Part shown: positions 41,150 through 51,584 of the stretch, piece after piece
How the letters are laid out: each line of letters opens with the position of its first letter
Numbering within the stretch: the stretch's first letter is position 1
From: Bacteroidota bacterium
Lineage (GTDB): Bacteria; Bacteroidota; Bacteroidia; Cytophagales; Amoebophilaceae
Reading direction: 5' to 3'
Length of the DNA: 51,813 bases
Assembly: GCA_039029235.1 (NCBI GenBank)
Contig: JBCCGO010000001.1
Span: 1 to 51,813, forward strand
The notes under the pieces: model-generated
The model's database searches: none
Seen by the model: the letters and a program-made list of their open reading frames with translations, nothing else
What the model was told of the DNA's origin: nothing
Position numbers and translations under genes: made by a program

Positions 41150-41700
41150 ACCCCACCCCGCTGCCTGGGGGAACCTTTCAGCTGCCCCCAAACTTACCTG
41201 CCCGCAATGGAGTTGCTCGGAAGTTAACTATAGCTTCCTCCTATATGATTAGCAGCGAAGCTGTTCTGGGAATCTAGGAACTTGCTAAGTATGATAGCTG
41301 GCTTTGACGTGAAGTTAATATAAAACCACTCCTAGCAACCTGTAAAAACCTCTCTCTGCAGCCTGGAGGCATCTTCCAGGTGACTCCAGACTTTTCCTCC
41401 CCGTTCTGGAGTTATCTGGGAGTCGGCTAGATCCTCCTCGTACATGCTTAAAAGAGAAGTCGCTTTTAGGATCTAGGAACTTCCTAAGTATGATGGCTAG
41501 ATTTGAGAAGAAGTTACAGCACTTACTCGGAAGATGCAAGTGCCTAGCAGTCCACAACTTCCAGCCTAAGTTCCTCACAGCAAGCCTAGCTGCGCGCAGG
41601 GGAGCCCAAAGGCTCTGAAGGGTGGGCGGAGGAGATCTGATTCCCTACCCTGCACAGCCTGGGGGTGACTTCCCTCCCAAAAACTGATCCAAATTAAGTG
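41150..41700 (+). repeat. Degenerate tandem array (~2.3 units of ~199 nt) of an intergenic repeat with hairpin and palindromic blocks
   Basis: Best block: 41272-41317 versus 41471-41516, 39/46 identical by hand count, offset 199 nt. The gcctgg(g/a)gg..cttcc block recurs near 41170, 41361 and 41657. cctgga(41362-67)/tccagg(41375-80) can form a hairpin. taggaacttccta (41474-41486) is a 13-nt palindrome. Confidence 0.6.
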
Positions 41701-41802
41701 AGAATTTTATATACACTAAAACGAGACCAGTAAATGAAGGCATCTCACATCATATGGCTAACATTTGCTATCTTTACATTGCCCCCCTAAAGACCAACAA
41801 CC

Positions 41803-43372
41803 ATGAAGAAGCTACCTATTGGCATTCAAAGCATTTAAGAGAATACGTACCGAAGATTACATCTATGGCGACAAGACCCAGTTTGCCCTTGAGCTCATCG
41901 AAGGAGATGCTCCTCACTATTTCCTCGCTCGTCCCCGTCGCTTTGGCAAGTCCCTGTTCCTGAGTACTCTAAAAGAGATATTCAAAGGTAACAAAGTCCT
42001 CTTTGAAGGATGCCATATCGCTAAGAGCAGCTATAACTGGCAACCTTATCCTGTCTTGCATCTGAACCTAGTAGCCGTACTCAATGCAAATACCGAAAAG
42101 CTGGAAGCCAGTTTACAGAGAAGTATAGATGAACTAGCCGATGAGTATGAGATAGAAGTAGAAATCCCTTCAGCTCAGGAAGGCCTCCAAAAACTTATTA
42201 AATCCCTCGCTAGCAAGGGACGCGTGGCAGTGCTCATCGATGAGTATGACAAGCCTATTATTGACAACTTGCACAACTTAGCAGTGGCAGAAGACAACCG
42301 TAGGCTCCTGCAGGCTTTCTTCGGGGTGCTCAAAATCTTGATAAACACATCAAGTTCACCTTTATAACAGGGATCAGTAGGTTTTCTAAGGTCTCTCTTT
42401 TCTCCCAGGCCAATCACTTGAATGACATCAGCATGGACGCCAAGTATGCCGCTATGATGGGCTATACCCAAGAGGAGGTCGGACAGTACTTTGACAAGCA
42501 CGTGCAGGCTACTAAACAAGATAGAAACCAGCAAGGGCAGCCATCGACTGAAGAAGAGGTCTTAGCAGAAATCAAGGCCTGGTACAATGGCTACCGCTTC
42601 TCAAGCGAGAAAATTTATGTCTACAATCCTTTCTCTACACTGAACTATCTTAGTAAAAAGAAGCCCAAGAGTTACTGGTATGCCACTGGCACACCTGCTT
42701 TCCTGTTACGTGAAATAAAGCAACGTCCCCAAGAAGCTGCCTCGTTAAGTCAAATGATCGCTACGCAAAGCAGGCTTTCCGATATCAGTGAAGTAGATAC
42801 CCCCCCCTACCAGCCCTCATGTTTCAGACAGGATATCTCACTATTCAAGATTACAAAGTAGACTTGGATGCGTATCAGCTAGACTTTCCGAATAAAGAGG
42901 TCAGAGACGCCTTCTTTGGTTCTATGCTAGCAGCACTGGGAGAGCTTGACTCCTGGGTGGTCAATCGCTTGGCTAAGCAGCTCCAAGAAGCACTCAACGA
43001 TCTAAATATAGCGTCCTTTGTCGCGATTATCAATGCCCAATTCGCCAAAATTCCTTATCATGCTGCTCAACATGCTAGGGCAGGGTCTATCAGGCGCTTT
43101 TCTTGATTTTTTTAGAGCTCTCAGGGATCAAGGCCCAAGGAGAGGTGGTCACTAACAAAGGACGTATTGATGTACTGTGTGAGCTAGAAGAAATGTTCTA
43201 CATTTTTGAGCTCAAAGTGGAACAGGAGGCCGCGATCGCGATGGAGCAGGTCCTACGTCAGGAATACAGTCAAAGGTACAGGCAGCAAGGGAAAAAGATC
43301 GTAGTGATGGGTGTTAGCTTCTCTTCTACCACTCGTGATATTGCTCACTGGGCAAGGGAAGCTCCTGGATGA
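41803..43372 (+). pseudogene. Frameshifted AAA-ATPase_like + PDDEXK_9 family gene (predicted ATPase/nuclease common in Bacteroidota)
   Basis: Begins ATG 41803 (MKKLPIGIQS, then a stop). Continues in other frames as four ORFs (41819-42367, 42418-42861, 42819-43106, 43103-43372). Family hallmarks: IRTEDYIYGDKTQF, FLARPRRFGKSLFLSTL, WYNGYRF, YWYATGTP, MFQTGYLTI, and C-terminal GRIDVLCELEEMFYIFELK. Confidence 0.75.
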
Positions 43373-44077
43373 GCACGGAGCGTTGATCCGTAAACTAGCT
43401 CCTGCAGCTAAGCAGTAGGCCTTAGCCTTGCCTTTTGTTGCTCCGTTGACAGCCGATTACACTGATAGGGAAAATAGCTTTTTACACAGCCCCAGAGGGG
43501 GCTACTTGAAGATCATCACACGCTGTGCAAGAGCAGGACAAATTACTCAATACCCGGATCTTAGATGTAGTAGTTTTAATTTAATCTTACAGTTATTAAC
43601 TTTACGAAGACTTAGCATTTGTAAGTTTCGTATTTTTGTCAGCAGATTAATCAGCCCAGTATAAAAAACTACCCCCAAGATGTACTACCGATCCCATGGT
43701 GCAGGAAATGTAAGAAAAAACAGGCGCAGGACTGCAGCATGCTTAACCTCCACCAGGCAGCGCCATAGCTACTTACGCTATGTCTATGTATATCCCAGGC
43801 TCCAAACAAGTGAGGATACCATCTAAATAGACTATAGAAAAGCAGGGCAACTGCCTTGGAAGTTAGCGAAGTTGGCTAGCAAAGCTCCCGTTTTGCTAGA
43901 TTGCGTTACGTGTGATTTTTCACGTACTTTATAACAATCGGCTAGCTACTTATATCTTGCATACACTGCGGAGCGATGCTACTATGACCCACATCGGCGC
44001 TCAAATCCATTCACTTATATCCGCAGAACCTCTATAAACTCCTAGCACAACGACCTTATTTACAAAGCATCAAATTT

Positions 44078-46072
44078 ATGAAACTAAGCAAAAGTAAATT
44101 CCCACAAAGGCCCAGATCAGGGATTTGGGTTATTCTTCCTTTGCTCCTCTTCGTCATAAGCACGCTCCTCAGCAATAGGCAGGCTCCTGTTACTATCTCA
44201 GAAAGAAAGTTTGAGCACATGATGCTCAGCAAGGACGTTCAGAAGGTGATATTTATTACGAACAAAAAAGTCGTTGAGGTTACACTCAAGCCAGAAGCTC
44301 TTACCAAAGAGCCCTATAAGACTGAGCTGCAAAGGCGAACCTATTTTGCTTTTACCACCAAACAAGCTCCTCATTACTGCTTTATTATGCCTTCCTTCGA
44401 GGTATTTGATAAGAACTTCAGGCAGATAGAAGCTAGGATTGAGCCTGAAAATCAGCTTGGCTATACATCCGAAGAACACTATGATGCGATACGCTTCATC
44501 CTTGATTGGGGCCTTTTACTTATACCCCTGGCTGCACTTTGGCTTTTAATGAGTAGGATATCAGGTGGCGTAGGGCCTGGTAGCCAGATCTTCAACTTTG
44601 GTAAATCAAGAGCTGCGTTATTTGATACTGAGAGCAATATTAAAGTGACCTTTAATGATGTGGCCGGGCTGCAAGAGGCCAAAGAAGAAATCAAAGAAAT
44701 TGTAGCCTTCCTGAAAAATCCTGAAAGGTTCACCAAGCTGGGTGGCAAAATACCTAAAGGAGCCTTGTTGATAGGCCCCCCAGGCACAGGAAAAACATTG
44801 CTAGCCAAGGCGGTTGCAGGAGAAGCTGGGGTGCCTTTCTTTTCTCTATCAGGTTCAGATTTTGTAGAGCTGTTTGTAGGCGTAGGGGCAGCACGTGTGC
44901 GAGATCTTTTTGAGCGAGCCAAAGCAAAAGCCCCGGCTATCGTCTTTATTGATGAGATCGATGCAGTTGGTCGATCCAGAGGGCGAGAGCAGCTATCTGG
45001 CGTTAACGATGAACGAGAAAATACCTTGAATTCACTTTTGGTAGAAATGGATGGGTTTGGTACAGGCTCAGGTGTTATCATCTTGGCAGCTACTAACCGG
45101 CCTCGTGTGCTGGATCAAGCCCTACTACGTCCTGGGAGGTTTGATCGGCAAATAAGCCTTGATAAGCCTGACATTGTTGATAGAGAGGCCATTCTGAAGG
45201 TACACCTCAGGCCCTTACAACTGGCCCAGAGTGTGGATACCAAGAAACTGGCTGCCCAAACGCCTGGCTTTGCAGGTGCAGAGCTAGGTAATATTTGTAA
45301 CGAAGCTGCTTTGATTGCTGCTAGGAAGAACAAAGAGCGAGTAGACATGGAGGACTTCCAGGACGCCATTGACCGTGAAATTGGCGGCCTGGAAAAGAAA
45401 AATAAAATCATATCACCCCAAGAAAAACGTATTGTAGCCTATCATGAAGCCGGCCATGCCGTGTCAGGCTGGTTTCTGGAGCATGCTGATCCGCTCGTCA
45501 AGATCAGCGTCGTCCCTAGAGGAGCTGCTGCTTTAGGTTATGCCCAGTACCTGCCCAAGGAACAGTTTCTCTACCAGACAGAGCAACTTCTCGATACGTT
45601 GTGTATGGCACTAGGTGGTAGAGTGGCCGAAAAAATTACTTTCGGCAAGGTATCCACCGGTGCTTTGAATGACTTAGAACGCGTTACGAAGGTGGCCTAT
45701 AGTATGGTCACCGTATATGGGATGAATAAAAAGATTGGACCTATATCTTTCCACGATCCCGGACAGCCGGAGTATAGCTTTACCAAGCCCTACTCTGAGC
45801 ATACTGCACGAACCATCGATGAAGAGGTGAGAAACATAGTCGATAAGGCTTACAAGCGTACCCAAGAGCTCTTAATAGCCAAGCAGGAAGAACTAGAAGC
45901 TGTAGCAACAGCACTGCTACAAAAGGAAATTATCTTCCAGCAGGATCTAGAGCAACTCATTGGCCCAAGGCCCTACCCTAAGGATGAGGCTGCTGTAAGC
46001 AAAAAACTTACAATAGCAGCGCAAGATGAGGAGTCAAGATTTGAAGAGAACACGGAAAAATGTGCGACCTAA
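44078..46072 (+). CDS. ftsH: ATP-dependent zinc metalloprotease FtsH
   Basis: 664 aa. Two TM segments, Walker [19 protein letters not shown], Walker [15 protein letters not shown] region [20 protein letters not shown], and zinc motif HEAGHAV. Confidence 0.96.
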   Translation: MKLSKSKFPQRPRSGIWVILPLLLFVISTLLSNRQAPVTISERKFEHMMLSKDVQKVIFITNKKVVEVTLKPEALTKEPYKTELQRRTYFAFTTKQAPHYCFIMPSFEVFDKNFRQIEARIEPENQLGYTSEEHYDAIRFILDWGLLLIPLAALWLLMSRISGGVGPGSQIFNFGKSRAALFDTESNIKVTFNDVAGLQEAKEEIKEIVAFLKNPERFTKLGGKIPKGALLIGPPGTGKTLLAKAVAGEAGVPFFSLSGSDFVELFVGVGAARVRDLFERAKAKAPAIVFIDEIDAVGRSRGREQLSGVNDERENTLNSLLVEMDGFGTGSGVIILAATNRPRVLDQALLRPGRFDRQISLDKPDIVDREAILKVHLRPLQLAQSVDTKKLAAQTPGFAGAELGNICNEAALIAARKNKERVDMEDFQDAIDREIGGLEKKNKIISPQEKRIVAYHEAGHAVSGWFLEHADPLVKISVVPRGAAALGYAQYLPKEQFLYQTEQLLDTLCMALGGRVAEKITFGKVSTGALNDLERVTKVAYSMVTVYGMNKKIGPISFHDPGQPEYSFTKPYSEHTARTIDEEVRNIVDKAYKRTQELLIAKQEELEAVATALLQKEIIFQQDLEQLIGPRPYPKDEAAVSKKLTIAAQDEESRFEENTEKCAT

Positions 46073-46199
46073 AGCAAAAAGCCATTAAAGCAGAAGAGCA
46101 ACCATGAATAATTGGCGTGCCCCTCTGCTAATGATTCAAACAAAGTATCCTTTGGTCTTACTGTGGAAGTAAGTCAAGGAATCAGCCTCTTGTTTGTCC

Positions 46200-46373
46200 T
46201 TAAGAGGCTTGAGTACTTTTGCTTTCTGTGGCATTTGCATCTTTTTTAGCATCCGCCTCTTGAGTTGTCTTTGCAGCTTCATTGCCCTTAGAAGAGCTTC
46301 TATTTCTCAGGACCAGCATGGCTCCCAATAATACCGCTACTATGACAACACCAATGATTATATTCCTTCTCAT
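46200..46373 (-). CDS. Hypothetical 57-aa single-pass membrane protein
   Basis: ORF below the track cutoff. MRRNIIIGVVIVAVLLGAMLVLRNRSSSKGNEAAKTTQEADAKKDANATESKSTQAS. One clear TM helix followed by a polar tail. No homology recognised. Confidence 0.3.
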   Translation of the reverse strand: MRRNIIIGVVIVAVLLGAMLVLRNRSSSKGNEAAKTTQEADAKKDANATESKSTQAS

Positions 46374-46660
46374 AGCTGATTTGTTTTAGTTAGAATTTAA
46401 AATGTATAGCCTCACTGTATTCTGTGAGTATGAACAAAGGGCGAAGATACTAATTTTTCACTTATTTCAAGGCCGCCTTAGTAGCAACACAGGATGCTAT
46501 GCTGCTAAACTATGCACATCTCCCAAGCTACAGGGGTAAGGTTAAAGAATTTAAGAGCTAAAAATCCCTAAGGAATCCCCTTGAGGAGAAGTTATTTACG
46601 ACATTTTTAAGGCTCAGCTAGGTAGAAACCAGCATATGCTGCAACTATGGAAACATTACA

Positions 46661-46861
46661 TCACCGTTGCAAAATCCATAGCACCGTGCTGATGACTATA
46701 CTGAGCAGGATGCTGGTGGTAATAGGCGCATAAAATCTCACGGTTGCCTTTTCAATGACAATATCGCCCGGTAGCCTTCCTAGGCCTAGCTTAGCTATGA
46801 TAGGCCATAGCAGGCCCAAAGCCACTAACAAGGTTCCGGTAATGATCAGTGCTCTAGACAT
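46661..46861 (-). CDS. DUF2905 family small membrane protein
   Basis: 66 aa from the internal ATG. MSRALIITGTLLVALGLLWPIIAKLGLGRLPGDIVIEK...FYAPITTSILLSIVISTVLWILQR. The GRLPGDI motif is typical. The upstream 37 codons of the 103-aa ORF look non-native. Confidence 0.7.
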   Translation of the reverse strand: MSRALIITGTLLVALGLLWPIIAKLGLGRLPGDIVIEKATVRFYAPITTSILLSIVISTVLWILQR

Positions 46862-47123
46862 CTTCGTGGCTCGACTAGCCTGGTTACTGGAGGACTTTTG
46901 TTCTAAAAGCCAAACTTTTGTCCCCGAAGGCTTTGAAGTGGTTAGCTTACAATGAGAGCCGCAGCAGCCCACACGCCCTTCTATACGCTTTTGTAGCAGC
47001 TATTTAATGGCTACGCAGTAAATTTAAAAAGTACTCGTGCCTACCTCACCTAGGAGCAAAATCGCGTTCTCTTGGAGGCGATCTATGCTGCGCCCTTCCG
47101 CAAATAGCAACCTGTAAGCTTCC

Positions 47124-47426
47124 CTAGTTATTATTATGCCTCCTCTTATACCTCTTGGTCGACTCTATGGAGATAGCACCTTTAGCGATGGTAAGCTTAG
47201 AGCCTTTTTTATCTATCTCTAGTGTAACGAGGTCAGCCGTAACCTCATATATTGTGCCGTGTATGCCCCCGATAGTCACCACCGACTCCCCTTTTTTGAT
47301 TTGCTCTAGAAACTCCTGATATTCTTTTTGGCGCCTCTGCTGAGGCCTTATCATGAAGAAGTAAAAAACTAGGGCAATGCTACTGATAAGGAAAATTTGT
47401 TGAACGGGAATTCCTAACAAGTACAT
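47124..47426 (-). CDS. yajC: Preprotein translocase subunit YajC
   Basis: 100 aa. One TM, then FFMIRPQQRRQKEYQEFLEQIKKGESVVTIGGIHGTIYEV. Confidence 0.9.
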   Translation of the reverse strand: MYLLGIPVQQIFLISSIALVFYFFMIRPQQRRQKEYQEFLEQIKKGESVVTIGGIHGTIYEVTADLVTLEIDKKGSKLTIAKGAISIESTKRYKRRHNNN

Positions 47427-47746
47427 AGCGTCTAAAAATATATGATTATGGATGCACAGAGTTGGTAAAGCGAACGCAAATATAAAAAAAATTTAGTAGT
47501 GTCAATCGTTGCTTGGGTGGCTCGCAGCCGGTTCCTCCATCTCTCCCTAGAGCCTTCAAAGGCAATATAAGTGTGTCTTTAGTAGCAGTGCAAACCTGTA
47601 CTCCTAGGGCACTCCCAACCATAGTATGTCCATGCCCATGATCTATTGAGTTATTTATGCAACTTCCTATTTATGGCCCACATGAGTAACCTACTGGCTT
47701 AGCTGCTGCAATGGTAAGTATCTGGGCAAGTAAATGACCAAACAAC

Positions 47747-48892
47747 CTAGCATGTCCTTGCCACTGCATCTAGGATGCCATTGATGAATGGGCTGCTTCT
47801 GGGCGTGCTATAGGCTCTTGATAAGTCTAGGTACTCGTTTATGGAAACTTTTACGGGTATGCTATCAAAGTATATTATCTCACATATAGCTAGCCGGAGG
47901 ATGATCTTATCCATGAGCATGACACGATCAATAGCCCAGTTTTTGCTATTTTGCTCAATCAATGCATCAAGTTCCTGCTCTTGCGCCAACGTTTTGCTGA
48001 TCAAATTAGTATAGAAATTTTCTACCGCTTCCGACGTAGTTGCTGTCTCCAGGATATCCCAAATAGATTCCTTTGCTGTGTGCTCTTCGAGTAGGTCCAG
48101 TGCTTGGCGCACCATCTTCTTCACAATCCGTCCATGCTCTGTCCAGCTTAAGTCCAAATCAGTAAAAAACTCCTGAATAGCCTCTTGCGCTAGGACGATA
48201 GTTTGGAGCAAGTACACTAGCAGCTCCTTATCCTGTCTTAGCGTAGTTTGCTGCGAAGAATCATGCTGCAAAGTAGCGTCTTTTTTAATAAACTGATTGT
48301 ACCAGCTTACTACTAAGTCTGTCTTATCTCCCCAGCTAGTAGTATGATGCTCCGCAAGGTGCATAAAAGCAGTGTCAGCACGAAGGCGTGCCAGGATACG
48401 GTTACGAGATAGCAACGCATCTCCCAAACTACTAGGCTCCTGGCTAAGCCTAGGTCGCTCAGCTTCCTGATGGGCTACATCAGCCCAGGCAAGGAACAAT
48501 TGTAGTATATACAAGCAAGCTTGGCTAGTTTTATTGGTAGCTACTTTCCAGCTGTTTTGTAGCTGCTTGAGATCTTGGGCTACTCCACTTTCATAGTGTA
48601 AGCAGGCCCTCTCTATTGCAGCTATAACCTGGCTATCATAACCAAGTGCTTCGGGCTGAGCAGCTTGCTTAGGCTCCCGAAGTGACTGGAACAGGGCTAG
48701 GGCCTGTGCTTGATCTTTTGCTAGCTGCACTTGGTCAGCAGGCGGATTAGCAAAGACGTCGGGAGTAAAAGCAAGACGTATTTGGCCTAGCGCACACTCG
48801 TAGCTAGCCTGCTTACATACATAGAAAGCATAAAAGTTCTGCATAGCCTTGATTCGGGCATATCTGCGGTTGAATGGAGATTTTGTCGGCAA
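47747..48892 (-). CDS. nusB: Transcription antitermination factor NusB (long Bacteroidota-type form)
   Basis: 381 aa. N-terminal RRYARIKAMQNFYAF and a C-terminal NusB core (WAIDRVMLMDKIILRLAICEIIYFDSIPVKVSINEYLDLSRAYSTPRSSPFINGILDAV), separated by a long non-conserved middle. TTG start. Confidence 0.85.
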   Translation of the reverse strand: MPTKSPFNRRYARIKAMQNFYAFYVCKQASYECALGQIRLAFTPDVFANPPADQVQLAKDQAQALALFQSLREPKQAAQPEALGYDSQVIAAIERACLHYESGVAQDLKQLQNSWKVATNKTSQACLYILQLFLAWADVAHQEAERPRLSQEPSSLGDALLSRNRILARLRADTAFMHLAEHHTTSWGDKTDLVVSWYNQFIKKDATLQHDSSQQTTLRQDKELLVYLLQTIVLAQEAIQEFFTDLDLSWTEHGRIVKKMVRQALDLLEEHTAKESIWDILETATTSEAVENFYTNLISKTLAQEQELDALIEQNSKNWAIDRVMLMDKIILRLAICEIIYFDSIPVKVSINEYLDLSRAYSTPRSSPFINGILDAVARTC

Positions 48893-49339
48893 AACTACTA
48901 CTTATAAAGACCAAATTACTGAGCAACCAGAGCCTGGCTACACATTCTATGGCCACACCGGCTTGCCCCTACCTTAAAATTACGCCAGCCTAACGTCTCC
49001 GGTGGCCTCAATGCCGATACGTTAGTAAGCTGCTAAGTAGCTGGCAGAGTTAAGATACGAAAAAACTACCAGCGCCCCCTCCATAGACAGAACAACCAGG
49101 GAGATACCGAGAAAATCGATAAGCCTGTCCAAGACCTCAGCACTTCCCCACTAAACACAGCCATCCTACTACGAAAGCCCCAAATAATTGTAGATTAGCA
49201 TTCATAAGCTAGCAAAGCCATCATCTCGACATCTACTGCCCCAAAATGCAAGCCTTCGCTTATCTTAGCACAAGGTGTAGATAGCACAGCGAGCACATGA
49301 TGTGCTGTAAAGGCTAGAAAATTGCTACGCAGACTGGGT

Positions 49340-51406
49340 ATGCATTTCAAACTTACTTCTCCTTACCAACCTACTGGCGATCAACCTCAGGCCATTAAGC
49401 AGCTTATAAAGGGAACAGAGCGGGGCGAAGTAGCGCAAACTCTATTAGGAGTAACTGGTTCAGGAAAAACCTTTACAATGGCCAACGTCATCCAAGCCCT
49501 AAACAGACCTGCGCTTGTAATCAGCCATAACAAAACCTTAGCCGCACAGTTGTATGGTGAGCTCAGACAGTTCTTTCCAGAGAATGCTGTGGAGTACTTT
49601 GTATCCTATTATGACTACTACCAGCCAGAGGCCTATATCCCAGCGACAAATGTTTATATAGAGAAAGAGCTGACGATCAACGATGAACTAGAAAAGCTAC
49701 GTTTACGAGCCACCTCGGCACTGCTAACCGGCAGACGCGATGTCGTCGTCGTAGCTTCTGTCTCTTGCATTTATGGTATCGGTAGCCCTGAGGAGTTTAG
49801 TAAAAATGTCATTCGCCTACAAGTGGGAGATAAGATAGCGCGCAATAAGCTGCTACTGGCTTTTGTAGACATGCTTTACAGCAGGAACGAAGTAGCATTT
49901 AGTAGAGGCCATTTTAGAGTTAAGGGCGATACAGTAGATATCTTTCTAGCTTATGCAGACCATGCATACCGGTTCCTTTTCTGGGATGATGAGATAGAAG
50001 CTATCCAAAGCATAGAGCCAGCCACGGGCCAGAAGCTCTCAGACGAGCAGCAAGTCCTTATCTTTCCTGCTAACCTCTTTGTAACCAGTAAAGATGTCTT
50101 GCAACAAGCTATCCAAGAAATACAGGACGACTTGGTGGCACAGATTAAGTTCTTTGAAGATGAACAACGTTTTGAAGAGGCTAGGCGCATCAAGGAAAGG
50201 ACTGAGCTGGATTTGGAGATGCTGCGCGAGCTGGGATATTGCTCAGGAGTGGAGAACTACTCGCGCTACTTTGATAGACGCCGGCCAGGGGAGCGCCCTT
50301 TCTGCTTACTAGATTATTTTCCTCGAGACTATCTACTGATTATTGACGAGAGCCATGTGACCATGCCTCAGCTAAGAGCTATGTGGGGAGGTGACCGTGC
50401 TAGAAAAACCAATCTTGTAGACAATGCCTTTCGATTACCAGCTGCTTTAGACAATAGACCCCTAAGTTTTAATGAGTTCGAGTCCCTGATTAATCAAGTG
50501 ATCTTCGTGAGTGCTACGCCAGGTGAGTATGAGTTGCGACAGTCTGATGGGGTAGTGGCAGAGCAACTCATTCGTCCTACGGGCTTGCTAGACCCTGAGA
50601 TAGAGGTCAGGCCTAGCCTGAATCAGATTGATGATTTGCTGCATGAAGTAGACCTCCGGGCAAAGCAGCAAGAGCGAATACTGATTACTACGTTGACCAA
50701 GCGCATGGCAGAAGAGCTGACGAAGTACCTGGAAAAAGCAGGCGTCCGATGCCGATATATTCACTCAGATGTTAAAACGCTCGACCGCATAGATATCCTG
50801 CGCGACTTACGTCTGGGCGTGTTTGATGTACTGGTCGGAGTAAACTTGCTCAGAGAAGGCTTAGACCTACCCGAGGTATCGCTGGTAGCCATTCTAGATG
50901 CAGACAAAGAAGGTTTCTTGAGAAATGTCAAGTCGCTAGTACAGACCATTGGCAGGGCAGCTCGGAATGAAAATGGCAAAGTAATTATGTATGCAGATAG
51001 TATTACAGACTCGATGCAAACCGCCATTGACGAGACTAGGAGAAGAAGGAGTATCCAAATGGCTTATAACCAGGCGCATCATATTACTCCCAAGTCCGTC
51101 CATAAGACCAAAGAAGCCATCCTAGCACAGACCAAGGTCGGAGATAAACAGCCCAGGGAGTACTATACAGAACAAGAAACTTTGAGCATAGCAGCCGATC
51201 CTGTAGTACCTTATATGCGAAGGGATGAGCTAGCCAAGCTCATCCAGGCTACGGAAAGAAAGATGTACGAAGCTGCGCAAGGGCTAGAATTTATAGAAGC
51301 AGCACGGCTGAAGCAAGAGCTTCAAGAATTGAAGAAGGTTGCTGCCACCAAGACCCATGGGGCTCAGCAAAAAGCCCCCAGCTCTCCGAAATCGTACAAA
51401 AAATGA
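49340..51406 (+). CDS. uvrB: Excinuclease ABC subunit B
   Basis: 688 aa from ATG 49340 (MHFKLTSPYQPTGDQPQAI). GVTGSGKTFTMANVI, YYDYYQPEAY, helicase motifs IIDESHVT and GRAARN, and a C-terminal UVR domain (LEFIEAARLKQELQELK). Confidence 0.96.
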   Translation: MHFKLTSPYQPTGDQPQAIKQLIKGTERGEVAQTLLGVTGSGKTFTMANVIQALNRPALVISHNKTLAAQLYGELRQFFPENAVEYFVSYYDYYQPEAYIPATNVYIEKELTINDELEKLRLRATSALLTGRRDVVVVASVSCIYGIGSPEEFSKNVIRLQVGDKIARNKLLLAFVDMLYSRNEVAFSRGHFRVKGDTVDIFLAYADHAYRFLFWDDEIEAIQSIEPATGQKLSDEQQVLIFPANLFVTSKDVLQQAIQEIQDDLVAQIKFFEDEQRFEEARRIKERTELDLEMLRELGYCSGVENYSRYFDRRRPGERPFCLLDYFPRDYLLIIDESHVTMPQLRAMWGGDRARKTNLVDNAFRLPAALDNRPLSFNEFESLINQVIFVSATPGEYELRQSDGVVAEQLIRPTGLLDPEIEVRPSLNQIDDLLHEVDLRAKQQERILITTLTKRMAEELTKYLEKAGVRCRYIHSDVKTLDRIDILRDLRLGVFDVLVGVNLLREGLDLPEVSLVAILDADKEGFLRNVKSLVQTIGRAARNENGKVIMYADSITDSMQTAIDETRRRRSIQMAYNQAHHITPKSVHKTKEAILAQTKVGDKQPREYYTEQETLSIAADPVVPYMRRDELAKLIQATERKMYEAAQGLEFIEAARLKQELQELKKVAATKTHGAQQKAPSSPKSYKK

Positions 51407-51584
51407 GCTCAGTTTTACTAGAGGACTTTGTTGGGCATTTACCCCTGCCAGCTACATCCACGATGGCCATGGCATCCTTCACTGCATCCAACCCCCCAGC
51501 TAGCAATGCCTCCCAAAGTTGCCGTAAACTAGGCAGTATCGTCAATTGATTAATAACATAATACAAGCTGCCCACTTCATAGCT

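Noticed and set aside
41315-41578. 87-aa minus-strand ORF in the rplQ-downstream spacer
   Set aside because: It lies entirely within the degenerate tandem repeat, with no start context or homology, so it is most likely fortuitous.
43428-43664. 78-aa ORF upstream of ftsH; also looked here and in other large spacers for tmRNA, RNase P, SRP and 6S RNA hallmarks
   Set aside because: The ORF has no recognisable motifs. I found no GGTTCGA-type T-arm other than the tRNA-Ala, and no GAGGAAAGTCC-type RNase P core. ncRNAs cannot be excluded without covariance-model scans.
44479-45081. 200-aa minus-strand ORF, with similar long antisense ORFs at 6665..7171, 18391..18867 and 12269..12568
   Set aside because: They are antisense to ftsH, hslU, glyQS and rng respectively. 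Their Ser/Pro/Ala-rich low-complexity translations are typical of shadow ORFs.
47747-48892. Unusually long NusB (381 aa versus ~140 in E. coli)
   Set aside because: Bacteroidota NusB proteins are generally long (about 300 aa or more), with the conserved core split toward the termini. This is likely lineage-typical, and the middle region shows no separate domain signature.
51291-51575. 94-aa minus-strand ORF, considered as a second transposase fragment (LRQLWEALL...AIVDVAGRG vaguely like the IS5 mid-region)
   Set aside because: The resemblance is weak. A mid-region fragment placed after the C-terminus would be out of order, and the last third of the ORF is antisense to uvrB. It is best treated as read-through of IS-end or intergenic DNA.
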